Source of the DNA: Neodothiora populina
Taxonomy: Eukaryota
Direction: 5' to 3'
Length of the DNA: 64,000 bases
Assembly (NCBI RefSeq): GCF_041146345.1
Contig: NW_027191404.1
Span: 2,046,001 to 2,110,000 of the forward strand
Shown: one piece after another, positions 25,595-38,712 of the stretch
Layout of the letters: each line of letters starts with the position of its first letter
How positions within the stretch are numbered: position 1 is the stretch's first letter
Made by a program: the position numbers and the translations under genes
The notes under the pieces: generated by a model
Databases searched by the model: none
Seen by the model: only the letters and a program-made list of their open reading frames with translations
Told to the model about the DNA's origin: nothing

Positions 25595-27498
25595 TCAGCC
25601 TGTGGGATCGAAGCCTGCTTGACCTGTAACATTGGAAAAAGCGCTGCGTGCCGGGTCCTGGTACAGTGGTGGTATTGCGGATGCAGCCGGCAGTGCAGGA
25701 AACGGAGCGGCAGAGGTCATCATGGGATAACCTGTGCTTGTCGGAGCAGGTAGGCTTTTGAAGTCCTCGCCAAACGCTGACTGAAATAGTGGAGGGGCGA
25801 CGGGTTGGGGAGGCGGGCTACCGAAGGGAGTTGAGTCTCCGCTATTGGGATTGCTGCTGTCGTAGATCTCGTCAATGCGGCCTCTTCCGCCCGGCACTGA
25901 AACCATGCTGTATCCAGGCATGGGCATCGTCGGTAGAGTGTCGTTTATCTTGGACAGTAGAAGAGGCAGGTAGCGCTGCTGACCGCCACGTAAGGTCGAA
26001 ATTAGTGACAGGAATTGGTTCAGATAGTCCCGCGGACCGTATTCGAAAGTATGTTGCTCAAAAGGCACGCACGACATGACGTCTGTTAGTGTACATGCAA
26101 CGTCGAAGAGTTTTTCCACCTGGGTATGAGTCAGCAAAGCTGTGTGTGAAGATGACAAGACCGTCGCGTTTATGACTGACAAGGCCGATCCCGTGAATCT
26201 CCATGGACCCCTGAGAGAAACCGCTGGACTGTGCGATGAGATCCCGGGAGATCTCAATGGGATATTTGAAGCTCATGGCGGATTCCTGTGCTGCGGATGA
26301 TAGATAGCCGTGGCTGATAGACAACTGCCAAACCATAGTCCTGAGCCATTGCTGGGAAGTTCTTAGATCCACCGCTTGGCTCTCTGTGCAGTGAAGATAG
26401 GTAGGAAGAGCGTCCGAGAGCTGGTTTTGCAGCCTTGCGAGCCACTCGGTAGAGCAGCCGACGCGTGCCTTGTTCCATAGACCCACGAAGGAGTCATCGA
26501 ATGGCTTGAAGAGGTTGACCAGATGAATGAAACCATTAAGCTCGGCAGTCTCTGCCGGGTCATCATTGAGCTGAGGTAGGCCAACGGTGGCATGTAGTGT
26601 CAAGGGACGGTGCCTCTGGAGCGCGTAAGCCCTGAGTCATGAGTTAGCAGAAGGACCCCCAGCATCGTGTTTGTTGGATTATCGCCAACCTTTCAGTGAC
26701 GAAAAGCAGCCAATAAAGACGCCTGCGTCGTGCTGCTTCTACCACGTCTGTGGCGTAATGGGATTCCTCGTGCATGCCCAGTAGTTGCGCCAGTGTTGTC
26801 GCTTCCCGGAGGTGGAACCACGCGGTATTGTGCTTGTCGAGGCAGAAATAGCTGCCGAAAAAGAAAAAGGATGTGATTATGGACCAGACACTGGGTGACT
26901 CGACATAGTCATAGCCCTTGCGAACGCGCAGAGCTTCTTCTAGTAGAGTCTGACCCATGTTCAGCTTTGCTTGCGGCGAGTCCTGGTCCGGAATGATGCC
27001 GGCGGGGAGATTGAGGTTTGGCTGGATGAGCATGTACGCGCACAGCGAGACCAGCAGGCAATAAGCCTCTATCGAGTTCTCCATCTGGCCAATGGTCTCC
27101 CCAACCTTTTGACGATGGATTATGGGCTGAGTGGGGTACATTTTCGCGAAGAAATAGTCGACACACGACGTGATGAGCTCCATGGACAACAGCTCCGGAG
27201 TGCGCGAAAAGGCAGTTGCGTACTGGGATGCCTCGAAGCCGAGTCCATGGCGTGCGCGGGCTGCGAGTTGAGTCTGGCGCTGCGTCTCTCGCAGTTCGGA
27301 TATCACTTTGGCCCTGCTGCCCTTGGGGCCCTTTTTCTGCGGGATTGCATTGTATGTACACGTCAGACCGGCTGCGGTGCAGTTCTTACACGGCCTCGTG
27401 CCATCTCCGATGCACTTGACCTTTCTCTTGTGGCAACAATCGCACGCCCGCTTGACCGCAGAAGAAGATCCAGCCGGGTCGGGCATAATAAACGGCAT
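25595..27498 (-). CDS. Zn(II)2Cys6 transcription factor, COL-26/BglR/ART1-like (AmyR-related carbon regulator), 3 exons
   Basis: ACDCCHKRKVKC…PCKNC…C followed by TYNAIPQKKGPKGSRAKVISELRETQ, plus the fungal TF middle region RRRLYWLLFVTER. Confidence 0.88.
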
Positions 27499-29993
27499 AC
27501 GCCTTCTCTGGGAGTGCAGAAGTAGATATCGACGTGACGCCAGGTCCTGGTCCTGAGAGTCCTAAAAGATGGTGGGGGGTGGGGGGTATGGAATGAAGGG
27601 AAATTCAAAGACAATGCTTTTGGGAAAGGAGACAAACACCTGAAAACCGTGCCTGTGTCTGCCCGTTCGTCAAGGCGCACGATAACAACCTAAGCAATGC
27701 GGATAGGGTACGGCGTACGGCGGTCAGTGGTGGACCGTGGTCAGTGACCGTTGGATAGTGGCGCAATGCAACGCAGAGGTTGAGCTTCATGCATCTTTAA
27801 GCTTTGCGCCGTCTTCAGCCCAGTTTTGCACTCTAAATTGAAAGCACACCAAACTCTACCTACCTTGCACATACAAGTACAGTATTCGACTTATTGGCGC
27901 ATGCACAGATCAGATGCTTCGATTCGCTCGTCGTTCCTGTCTGCGAATGTTCTTTCTGTTCCTCCGTGCATTTGCGTCGGTGGTCTTGTCGCACCTGGGT
28001 CGGTTGTGGTCTTGGGAGGGGTGCCCTGCCCTGGCTTGAGCTGCCGCGTCTCGATCATGAATCTGAGTGTTAGTCATCAGGGACTTACTACTGATCAATA
28101 GTCGTGTCTACCCTACCTGACTTGTTATTCACGCGATGCTGTATCTGTACTGTACCTCGAATTGCTGGGCGCAACGACATTATCCACGTGTGCGGCCAAC
28201 GGGTCCAATAATGGTGTGAAACATCCTTCACCCGACCCCTTACAATCCTCGCCACCAATGTTTTTTTTTCCTCTTCCTTTGCCTGATCGCTCGTGTGAGC
28301 GGCGCCGTGTCCGAGCAGCCGGCAAAGAGATCTGGAGTGACAGAGTCGTCATAGCGAAGCGCAGCCTACCTGGCAACGCTAATGTCAACAGACAAACGCC
28401 GCATCGCCCTGCACGCTGCAACAGCCTGCGTGCCTTACTCGTCCTCGTCCTCGGCCTGTCGTCCGTGTGCTGTACCTCACTGTGGTTCATTGTATCGCGG
28501 GCCGTGGCGTGGTGTGCTTCGGCCTCGACTCTCCGGATATGACGTTTAATGGCGTTAGGAATTCGAAGTACCCGGCCGCGACGGCGAAAAGCATGCATCG
28601 TCACACTTTTACAGCACCTCGAACTTTAAACTGCCTACAACCTTCAACATTATTGGATCTATATTAATACCACGGAAACATCCAGCATTTACTACTAGGT
28701 AAAGTACTTGACTTCAAATGTTATTATAGTGTGGGCTCCACTACTCTCATGCCAAATCGTGTCGCTATCCATCATTCCCTTAATGTGAACGAGCATACAA
28801 TTCGGCAAGAGTCAGCCTTATAATGAAAGTCGTGCCGAGACTCAAGAAAAGGCCTAACGCATCTCAGGCCGTACTGTACTGTGCACTGTAGGTACTTTCC
28901 ACCTGCGTGTTCAATCGCAACCGCCGGGATTTGCGTGCACGGGCCGAGAACGTCAAAGCAGAATTTTAGCATATTGCGTCGATCGATTGGCCTTCTCGCA
29001 CCTCGTCAGTGTCGGACGGATGTGCGCCTAGAGGTTCGCCTTATTAGACTTTGCATGAAATGGAGCTTACGAGGCCCCAGTAGATGCAATCGAAGCCTCA
29101 TCGAAGAACGCTAAATCTCTTTGCGTTTTCCTCGCAAGTCATTGAGTCTCCGTTCGCCTTTCTCGGGCATACTTATAGAGGGCGAAACGCCATCTGTGGC
29201 GCTTTGGCTTTGCCTGCAAATGTCATCGGTAGAGGGTTGCTTGGACCCTCAATTTTCACTGGCCGAAGCGCCCGCGAGCTCGAGTAATCGTACGAAGTCG
29301 GTCCGATGACTATCTACCTAACCTTATTGGGTTTGTATTTCTTCGCTTCTGTGTCGTCTCGTCTTTATCAGGCTCGACACTGGCGACAGCCAGTCATGCA
29401 TGATACGTGGCGTAAGTTTAGGCATAGTAAGGGATCACGAGTGATCATGTCCGGTAGAGCCACTCATGTCTCCGTATAGCACGGCTACAGTTGCTAAGTA
29501 ACCAGCTTCCCAATCATACTTGTATGTCGGCGTGTGGCATCATTGCAGCGGCGCATCATCCATGCGATCCAGCCACACAATCTTCTAGCTCGCTAGCCCC
29601 CTTGGCCTGTCGCTGAGCGTCAGTTCATGCCCTCCCCCATTTTTGACGATTCACATCCGCGCCAGTCGAGCATGCCATCACAACGCTTATCTCAATATCT
29701 ACAGCTGATGTGAGGTGCTTGAACCGGTAAAGGTGGAGAGGTGCACGAAGCGTGATGAACGTGCATTCTCCCAGACTCGCGGGGTTCAAACGTTGCTCTT
29801 TCCATTCTGACGCGATCCTACCAGTCTCGGATGGACCGAGGTTCCCCTTCGCTTATAACAAAAAATACCACACACCTTCGCAATGCTTGAATCGTTCAAT
29901 TGCATCGCAAATGGCGTCAGGGCCGTGAATCGTCGATCATCATAATGTATACACTCTGACTCGTCTGGCATGGCATGGCGTGGCGTGTTCAGA

Positions 29994-31838
29994 TCAATGC
30001 TCGGCAGCTACAACTCGTCCACCATCAACAATCATAAGCTCATTGAAACGCTTGTTGATGTCGTCGCCGCAACACTGGACTCTTGTCCAAGTGTAGACTC
30101 TCCCCGCGTTGGTGTCCACCTCCCAAACGCGCAGGCGGCGATGAAAGCCGCCATAACCTGCATAGCCTCCGAATCCGCTCCCACCGGCATAGCACATCCA
30201 AGGACCGAGTCGATCGCTCTCGCTTGTGGTCGATAGCGGACGAAGGGCACAGAAGTCGTTGACGTGATCGTGACCGCAGCCGACAGATACCACGCCTTGT
30301 TCTTTCAGTGCTTCATAGAAGCCAGAATTGAAACCCGGGGCAGTGCTAGGTTCGCGCCATTCTCCTCCAGCAACGACATTGCCCTCCGTCGTGTACTCTG
30401 GCAACGGTATGTGGATGAATGCCATGTCGATATGTATGTGGCTGTATTTGTCATTGTTGGCCTTCAGCGCTCGAGCGGTGTCTCGGAACCACTGTATCTG
30501 ATTGGGCCTGATCCAGTCATAGCCTCGAAACTTGGCCTCGTCAGGGCTGTAACTATGCGAGTCCAACAGATACAAAGTAATTGCCGAATGCTGCGAGGGA
30601 GCAGGCGCGAGAATTTCCACCACATAATTGCCTACGCCATCAACTTCTGGCGGTCCAGCTTGAGAAAGGGAGTGAGGTAAAGTTGACATGAGTGACATCT
30701 GCTCTTGTCGGGATAGATGTGTATGCCGTTTACCTTCGTCGTCATGGTTACCGAAGATTGCGGCATAAGGTATGTTACGCTCGATGAAGAGCTGGGTGAA
30801 CTTGAATATGGCCTATAAGGATATGATCAGCAGGGGCAAGCAGATCACCGGGAATTGGGTACTGAGAAGACGCACGCTTTGCACATCTGGCGCAGTATCG
30901 CCGTTGACTTGGTCACCACCCAAAACGACGAGATCAGGCTTCTCATCATCAAGTATCCTCTCAAGAAAATCGAGTGTGCGAGGGTCCGCTTCGCATTTTC
31001 CATGTATCTCGCCATGCTCATCAAGCGCATCACGGCAAGCTCCTACGCCGGTGCTAAGATGTAGATCGCTGGCTTGTAGAATCTTGAAAGTACCGTCTTT
31101 GCGTACTCTTGGAGGTGAATACTTCTTCTCTGTTCTTGGTTGACCATGCCGGAGAGTCAAACGTGCCACGTGAAGGTCTGACGCAGTCTGTAGAAGCAGA
31201 GGCGTCTGAGTAATGGACCAGCCAGGTCTGGGCTCGACAGCGTCTGCACCGAAGAGAACGTCAACCGCAGTGATGGCTCCACCACTGTCAGACTCAGAGC
31301 GCTTGCTGGTTCTGAGAAGCCATATCCCACCCGGTCGGGATTCCCATCTATCATTCTGCTTTCCTTGTGACTTCTCAGAAGTACTAGGATCCAAACGACC
31401 AACTCTGATATCCATGACAATCTTGTCAGTAGTCGAAAGCTCCTCCTCCTTCTTGCGTCGAACATGCAGGTACGCCGAGCTCAGCCATCGTTCACCAAGG
31501 TAGAGGTCTTTCTCGATGCGGTACCAAACTTCAGGATCCAGATCGCAACTGGAAAAAGGGTTGGCTGTGGAGCATGTCGTCAGGGTGACATCGGTAATGA
31601 CCAGGCCGGGATGGTGTAAGAAATTGGCCGTGTGTATTGAGTGTGGGAGAAGACGATATCGTGTATCAACGACGAAGACAAAGACGAGTATGGTGACAAG
31701 CAGAGCGGCTAATTGAGAGATGGTTCGCACCTCGTAGTAGGTCAGCCGAGATGTAGTACAGTACATGGGAATGTAAGATGCCGTTCAGGAGACATGGTAA
31801 AGACGATGTTCGTGAACACTCACAATTCGTCGAGCCAT
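29994..31838 (-). CDS. DCR2: Calcineurin-like metallophosphoesterase, Dcr2-like, 3 exons
   Basis: MARRI|VRTISQL followed by a TM anchor. Motifs SDLH, GGDQVNG, FGNHDDE, FIHIP and GHDHVND. Confidence 0.88.
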
Positions 31839-32865
31839 TGCTACAAGACCACCTGGGAGGAGAAGGACAGATCTCCGTTGCAGCTACACTCGAAGTCTAG
31901 CTCGCAAACGAAGCTACTACGAGGGGTAACCTGGTCGAATATGGAAGGTGTTGATGCTGGCGCACTGCGCCATGTAGCATATTGCCCTCTAGAATTGGAG
32001 TCTTTTGTGGAAGTGTCGTCTTTGATATATTCAAAGCAATGGCAAGCGAATTTTGGATGAACGGATGCAAAACATATCCGTGGTCAAGGAATGGCGGACA
32101 AGCGACACGGATGTATTGTGGAAACAGCGTAGAATATCACATGTAAAGTAAAGATACGTTTACCCCATGCGGAGAGCAGGAAATCGGCCGTCGCCAAGTA
32201 TTGTAGACCTCTGTACCTTACCCTACCCCGACCCCAAAGGAGATCTTGTGTCGGACTATGAATGTAGCAGTGGTGCTTTACTTGATAGGGAGTAATTGAA
32301 TTGCACTGAAGCTACTGCGATTCAGTGACGTTATGTACTCGACTGATAGGATGTCATATCTCTTCACAATAATATATCAAAAAGATCAAGATAGTCTTAC
32401 CAGGGAGTATAGCCGCAGGAGGAAGCTCACCTACCTAGATCTAGTGAAACCTTCCATCCAACTACTGCCCCATACCTCAGGGAGCAATTTGTGTATATAG
32501 ACTTATCTAACACAACAGAGCATTTGACCAGCGAGCATGCAATGAGACTAAGACTCGGATAGTTCAACTGACAATGGAGATGTACTCGAAGAGCCTCCGC
32601 GAATCGCCGTTCGACGGTATCGGTGCTGATGTTTTCCCCCAGATTTACTGGAATTTGTACCTGAATGGTCCTGATGGATCTACAAAAATTTCCCCGACTG
32701 ACCAGACAGCGTCTTGATATCATAATTTGTACATATCAGCCTATGATTTCCTCGATAGATCAATAAGGGCAATTTCCGAACGTCGATTCCACAAAAGAAA
32801 TTGCGTTCCAGTAATAGTATATACAGCCCTTGTTGTCCCATTGCGGCCCTGCACAATTTGCTCGC

Positions 32866-34244
32866 ATGAACCTTTCCCTTTCGACAGCAGGCAGGATTTC
32901 TGCTCATCTTCCTCGCCCACACAATCGCATCTCGCTGCGTACCTCCAGAAGGACATATGCCTCCGCATTCAGTCCCTTCGCCGGTGAGCGTCTCGCAATC
33001 TCGCAGCTCCGCTAATTAGACGATTTAACTGACGATTTGCCACAGAGAATGACCTCGTGCTAGTGCGACCAAAGGCGGATCCATCTGCGACTCCAATCCT
33101 CACAAAGCCTCTCACAGCTGATCGCAGAATTGAGACGCATAGGGGTACAGTGAGCCATAATGATATCATTGGAAAGTCTTCACGCGATCTGGTCCGCAGC
33201 AGCTCAGGAGCCGAGTTTAGCCTTCATCATGTCTCCCTTGGCGAATATGTGACGTTGAGCAAGAGGCTTGTTACACCTATTTATCCAGCAGACGCGAATC
33301 TGATAGCGAGCCTGTTTGATATACACGTGTCGCCAGCAGCTGCTTCCGCAGACGCTGAACCTTCGCAATCACGTCTGGAGATTTTGGAGGCTGGCACGGG
33401 TCACGGCTCCCTTACGCTGCACCTTAGCCGAGCCATCCACGCTGCTAATCCCCCGAAACCGGAGCAGTCAAGCGTTGACTCACAGGCAAGTACTACTGCA
33501 GGCGAGACGTCCGCTAGCGGTGCTACCGCTGGTATCTCTGAGAGTGACGACGCCTTGTCCGCGTGGCGAGCTTCTCGTAGAGCAGTCTTACACACGATCG
33601 ATGTCTCTGCCAAGTTCTCGCAGCATGCTCGGAAGGTTGTGCGTGGCTTCCGTCATGGACGGTATGCAGATAACGTCGACTTTCATGTTGGAGACGTAAG
33701 TCAATGGGTTCGTGATGAGTTCGCACGCAGAGCCTCCAGCACGCAGTCTTCTGGAGATGGGTCAGATTCATCACCGACTCCGTTTCTAACTCACGCTTTC
33801 CTTGATCTTCCGTCAACCCATTCACACCTCGCCACTGTTGCTTCGGCCTTGCGTACTGATGGCATACTGATCATCTTCAATCCTTCCATAACCCAGATCG
33901 CAGAGTGCATGCAAAAGATAAAGCAAGAAGGCATACCTCTTCACTTAGATCAGACGCTCGAGCTTGGTCAGAACGGCACAAGTGGCGGCAGAGAATGGGA
34001 CGTGAGGGCTGTTAAACCACGAGCAGCATTGAAGAAGGAGCAAGCGCAGGTACCTATTAGCGAGACTGGTGAGAGTGAGAGTTCTAGCTCAGAAAAAGAG
34101 CCTGTTGCAGCCTCTGCAAATACCAATGACGACAATTGGGCCCTGGTATGCCGACCTAAGGTTGGAGATCGCATAACAGGGGGTGGTTTTCTCGGTGTCT
34201 TCAGGAAGATGAAGGACCGAACGAGAACTGTGCCGCCAGCTTGA
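32866..34244 (+). CDS. tRNA (adenine-N1)-methyltransferase catalytic subunit, Trm61/TRMT61B-like, probably mitochondrial, 2 exons
   Basis: YVTLSKRLVTPIYPAD, LEAGTGHGSLT, FLDLP and FNPSITQ. Exon 1 (32866-~32983) encodes an Arg/Ser-rich presequence. Confidence 0.85.
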
Positions 34245-34720
34245 TCTCGGGCCAGTTCACTGTACATTGGTCACTAAAAGTCAATCTCTCCTCTGGAAAA
34301 AGATGATATATGAAAGTAGAACGGTACGAATTGCAAGCTTCGTGGTTGTGGCACATTCTCATTCGTGCGTCCTCTCAATGGTAGGTGCGCTCTCAACTTA
34401 CTCTGGACGAAATGATCGAAAATTCATGGTCAGGAGCGAAAAGTTGTATGGTTCATTGGCACAGTAGCTATGTAGAGAGCAATCTAGTGTTTCACCCCAA
34501 TCACCGACAAGACAATCAATTGTCCATTAGGCATGAAAGTGCTGCTGTCAATTGTCAATCTCATTGTAACAATGGTATCGCGGCTTCCTATTCGGTATCA
34601 GTCATACCCAGCCTTCCACCCAGCCACCTATTACAGTTGGCAGCACTCGGTCTGTTCTTGCGTTTACATTCTGTAAGTTCTGTAGTCTGCCCAATCCTTA
34701 CATGAGCGATCAGCTTTTGT

Positions 34721-36461
34721 ATGAGACAATATCACGGTCCCATGGAACTTCGCAACTTCGGTCCGGTCGCATTCGAGGTGCAGCCGCTTGCGCCACCGAT
34801 GGCTCCAGATGTTGCACAAAACGCAGTTGACGAGGGCCGTTCGAATATGATCCCCGATCACAAGTGTCGAGGCATCATCAGAATCGTTGCGTTGGAGCTA
34901 TATCATTATGAGCACAGTATACCCTTCTGGCACAAGAATGTACGCAGCGAGACTCCCTTGGTCAGCGATCTTGCTATCCTCTGTAGATTGATATGGTTCC
35001 ATGCTGATATATGCCAGGTCTGTGGAGAGCATGCCGGCAATAACCACCTTTACGCCTACATCTGTAGGATTCATGGTCACAGTCCCAAGAAAACGCTCTC
35101 TCACATGGCACAATCATCAAGATCAAAGGCCACGACATGCTCGACTTGTCGCTTTCGCAATCAATGCCCAAAACCTTGCGAACTACCAGAATACAGCTCT
35201 CGCCAGCTCGTAGATTTGGCATACTTTGACTGCCTTTTTTATGTCAGTGTTGCCAAAATACGGGAACTTCACCAGGAGCTTTGCGATCGATTGAGACATG
35301 GATTGATGTCACCAAACCAAATCATCCACACGTATACTGTCAAGCCAGATGCTAGCCCATTATCTTGCAGTGTCAGGGATCTCCTTGAACAGCTAGAGCA
35401 CCTATGGAACACCCTCACCGACCCTGGTGTGATCGGTACTCTGGATACCGCTCTGAGATTCCGCAGTCTAGGCCATTGGTCGATCGTTCTCGGAGACTGC
35501 ACTGACTCCTTCACAAACAGCAAGGACTGTAGGACTCGCAGGGCTAATCTGTCCAAAACTAAGCCTGGGCGTGAAGCCGTGAAGGACCAGTTCTTAAGAG
35601 CTCCTGGGCTGATGAACATATCAGATCATAGTATGACTTCGTCCATGATAGGCCTTCTAGTGAATGACATCCATGCTCATGCCATGCGCGAAAAGGGGAC
35701 ATTCTCTGACTTCGCTCTGAAGCTGGTGCGTGGCGAGATGATTGAAAGCTATAACATCAATATGTCTTCAAACTCTTCTCCTCTTGTTTCTGGGCGTCAA
35801 GACTTAGCACTCGGCCACATTGACGACTTCAAGACTAGAGTCAACCATACAGAACCCGACACGCCAGAGGATACGGACAAGAGGTACAATCATGATCGTC
35901 TCAAGCATATGAATGTGTTTCCACCAAGTGGTTCACTCGCAAAACAATCATATGCGTACAAGCCACACTCATCAGGAAAGGGCCAGGGTCACCTACACGA
36001 TAATGATCCATCGACCCAGACAGCACGGCTGGCCATGGCCACCACAGCTTCAAGGAACACCAGGGGCATGGTTCAATATACGGCCCCGACCTTGCCAACG
36101 CTTCCGTCGACCAAGAGCCAAGATCAAATATCTCTGGCACTGTTGGAACGAAACCACACAGCAGAGGCCGGGCTATAGAGCACCTAGCGATGCAGAGTCA
36201 GCCCTCATCCATGAGTCCGCCATCGAAAGATGGAACGTAGAGCATGTCGAAGGCCGAGCTGTATGCAATGACATCAGAAAGACCACCATGCACCTTGAAT
36301 TCGCGCAATGGGCCTCTCGGCATGGATGGTGCCGGAAAAGGTGTCAAGAAGTCGACCACGATTGGCCGGATGGTGTTGCAGTATACATCAATGAAATGGA
36401 GTCGGAGGTGCTGGGCAGACAGAACCATTTGGGTGTGAAACGAGCAAGATCAGTGGACTAG
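34721..36461 (+). CDS. Hypothetical Cys/His-rich fungal protein, apparently frameshifted near 36113
   Basis: 485-aa ORF with CQVCGEH…CRIHGH…CSTCRF. The overlapping +1 frame continues protein-like sequence to 36461. Confidence 0.55.
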
Positions 36462-36912
36462 TGCTGCGGACGATGTACTCGTGTTTCGCGAAAGATACCT
36501 TATGATCAGAATAATCCATCAATACGATATATGTATGGACCTGTAAACTTCATTTTCTGATACTGACATGAAGCTACAGTACTGTACAATGCTGCCAGTA
36601 ATTCGCTCGCGCATGGTTACTGTCATCGACAAATACCGTGGCCATGGTATAGTAGTTCAGGATGAATGAGGCGCTATCCTGTACCTGCAATTTAAGGTTA
36701 TGAGTAAGTATAGATTGCCGAAACTCCACTTGTCAGCCCATATCTTGGCGGTAGTGCCACTATATGTTGATGAAATCACGACCAACAGCGGTGCTTTGAG
36801 CCTGTGATACGGGCTTCGTTAGTCCTTAAAATCTCAATCAACCCTCGTTATCATATTCCATCCTACATGTAACACGTATAAGTACGTTACTCAGCTTCGT
36901 GTCAGAGTGACG

Positions 36913-38712
36913 ATGTATGCAATATTTCCCGCAGTCACTGCGACCAAAGTCCAGACAGCAGCATACCTGGTCGGCGTTGCCTCGTTCTCCATATCGTTTC
37001 TGGTCTTTCTCAACGCGTCCATTTCCTTCGTTATCACCGATTGCATCGGACAACAAGAAGGCGTTGGAGATGCTGTAGGAACACTGGGATTCGCTGATGA
37101 ATTGCTTGCTCTAGCAGCATGTCCTCTGTGGGGCCTGCTCAGCGATAGGATAGGAGTGAGGAATGTCACTGTCTCTGGATTCTGCATCATTGCACTTAGT
37201 TTCTTCGTGCTTGTTCAGAGTCGAAATGTCTATCCGCAGTTACTACTTGGTAGATTGCTCTTCAGCGTTGGAGGCGCCGCTTGCAGCACCATGGTCACTG
37301 CAATTTTGCCTGCTTTGACAATGCGTCGTGTTGAGTCCAGGCCTGTCAATCGTCCAGACGAGAGCAGCACAGAGCCTGACTTCAATGTACGACACTCGGG
37401 TGCGTTCAGCGTCAGTAGCGAGCTGACTATCACACCTGCACGCTACATTTTTTCGCCACCTTCTTCGAGCTCTGGCCGACAACGGACAACCTACCCGCAA
37501 TCTGTCGATAAGGACCAAGGTAGTGGAGCAGGGACGAGTAGCCAGCTTGCAGGCTTCGTAGGGTTGTTCACGGGTATTGGAGCATTGCTTGCTGTGGCAA
37601 TATTTCTCCCGTTGCCAACTACTATTGCTGGTGCTGGCACTTCTAAAAGGGATGCAGTCCAGTACAGCTTCTACATTGTCGCGTGTATTGCTTTGATCTT
37701 AGCAGTGCTGGTCTACCTCGGCCTTCGAGGTCTCCCAGGAGACGAGGGCAAAGGCTTTCGCAACATCTATATTACTCCTGACAGGTCCTCACACACAGAA
37801 GCCAGTACTATAAGTGGAGCAGATGCAACGCCGACGCCATACGTCCACCTCGTAAAGGCTGCGCTTGGCCTTGCCTTTACAGACTCGAGGATTGCGCTTG
37901 GATATATTGGAGGCTTTGTTGCACGAGGATCATCTGTTGCCATTTCGCTATTCATCCCACTGTTCGTCAATGCGTACTTCATTCGAAATGGTCTCTGTGA
38001 AGGGGACCCAGGAGATGACATCAAATCGAAATGCAGGCGAGCGTATACCCTCGCATCAATGTTGACCGGATTTGCAGAGCTAGCTGCATTGCTGTGCGCT
38101 CCACTTATCGGATGGGTCAACAGCCGCTTGAGCAAGCAAGAGTCAACGGCAAATATTCCACTCAGCATTGGGGCAGTGGCGGGTATTGCAGGCGCCGTAA
38201 TCTTTGGCCTGACAAGCGACCCCGATCCATTTTCAGGTGGCGGAGCGACAGTAATAATTTCTGTCATCCTGCTTGGAATCAGCCAGATCACCGCCATTGT
38301 CTGCTCACTTGGCACCCTGTCAAGAGGTATACAGGTCGTGGCGCAACCCCCATTCGACAACATCTCCCATAGCGATGAGCCAACCCCGTCTTCCGAACAG
38401 CCAACTGCCGGCATGAATGGTCATCACGAAAGCTCAGAAGCCTCGCCGCTACTCACACGACAACCGACAGCGGCAAGCAACCAACCGATAGACAGAGTGC
38501 AGCTGAAGGGAACCATCGCAGGCGTCTACTCGCTTCTAGGAGGTGTGGGCATTCTAGTTCTGACGAAGCTCGGAGGCTTTCTGTTCGATAAAACGCATGT
38601 CGGCGCTCCTTTCTTTGTGCTTGCAGGTTATAATGGTTCGCTATTGGCTGCTGTGGCTATTATTGCAGCTGCAAAGTATTGTCGTGGTATGAGTCGCACG
38701 GCGACTTCGTGA
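36913..38712 (+). CDS. Major facilitator superfamily transporter, single exon
   Basis: About 12 hydrophobic segments, WGLLSDRIGVR (motif A), LLLGRLLFSVG and KLGGFLFD. Confidence 0.9.
   Translation: MYAIFPAVTATKVQTAAYLVGVASFSISFLVFLNASISFVITDCIGQQEGVGDAVGTLGFADELLALAACPLWGLLSDRIGVRNVTVSGFCIIALSFFVLVQSRNVYPQLLLGRLLFSVGGAACSTMVTAILPALTMRRVESRPVNRPDESSTEPDFNVRHSGAFSVSSELTITPARYIFSPPSSSSGRQRTTYPQSVDKDQGSGAGTSSQLAGFVGLFTGIGALLAVAIFLPLPTTIAGAGTSKRDAVQYSFYIVACIALILAVLVYLGLRGLPGDEGKGFRNIYITPDRSSHTEASTISGADATPTPYVHLVKAALGLAFTDSRIALGYIGGFVARGSSVAISLFIPLFVNAYFIRNGLCEGDPGDDIKSKCRRAYTLASMLTGFAELAALLCAPLIGWVNSRLSKQESTANIPLSIGAVAGIAGAVIFGLTSDPDPFSGGGATVIISVILLGISQITAIVCSLGTLSRGIQVVAQPPFDNISHSDEPTPSSEQPTAGMNGHHESSEASPLLTRQPTAASNQPIDRVQLKGTIAGVYSLLGGVGILVLTKLGGFLFDKTHVGAPFFVLAGYNGSLLAAVAIIAAAKYCRGMSRTATS

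Noticed and set aside
20209..27498. Oxidoreductases, hydrolase and Zn2Cys6 factor as a possible metabolic gene cluster
   Set aside because: No backbone enzyme or shared pathway. All appear to be broadly conserved standalone genes.
27800..29950. Long gene-free region with ORFs of 60-160 aa, considered as a TER locus or hidden gene
   Set aside because: No convincing template or coding signature. It fits the extended promoter of a transcription factor gene.
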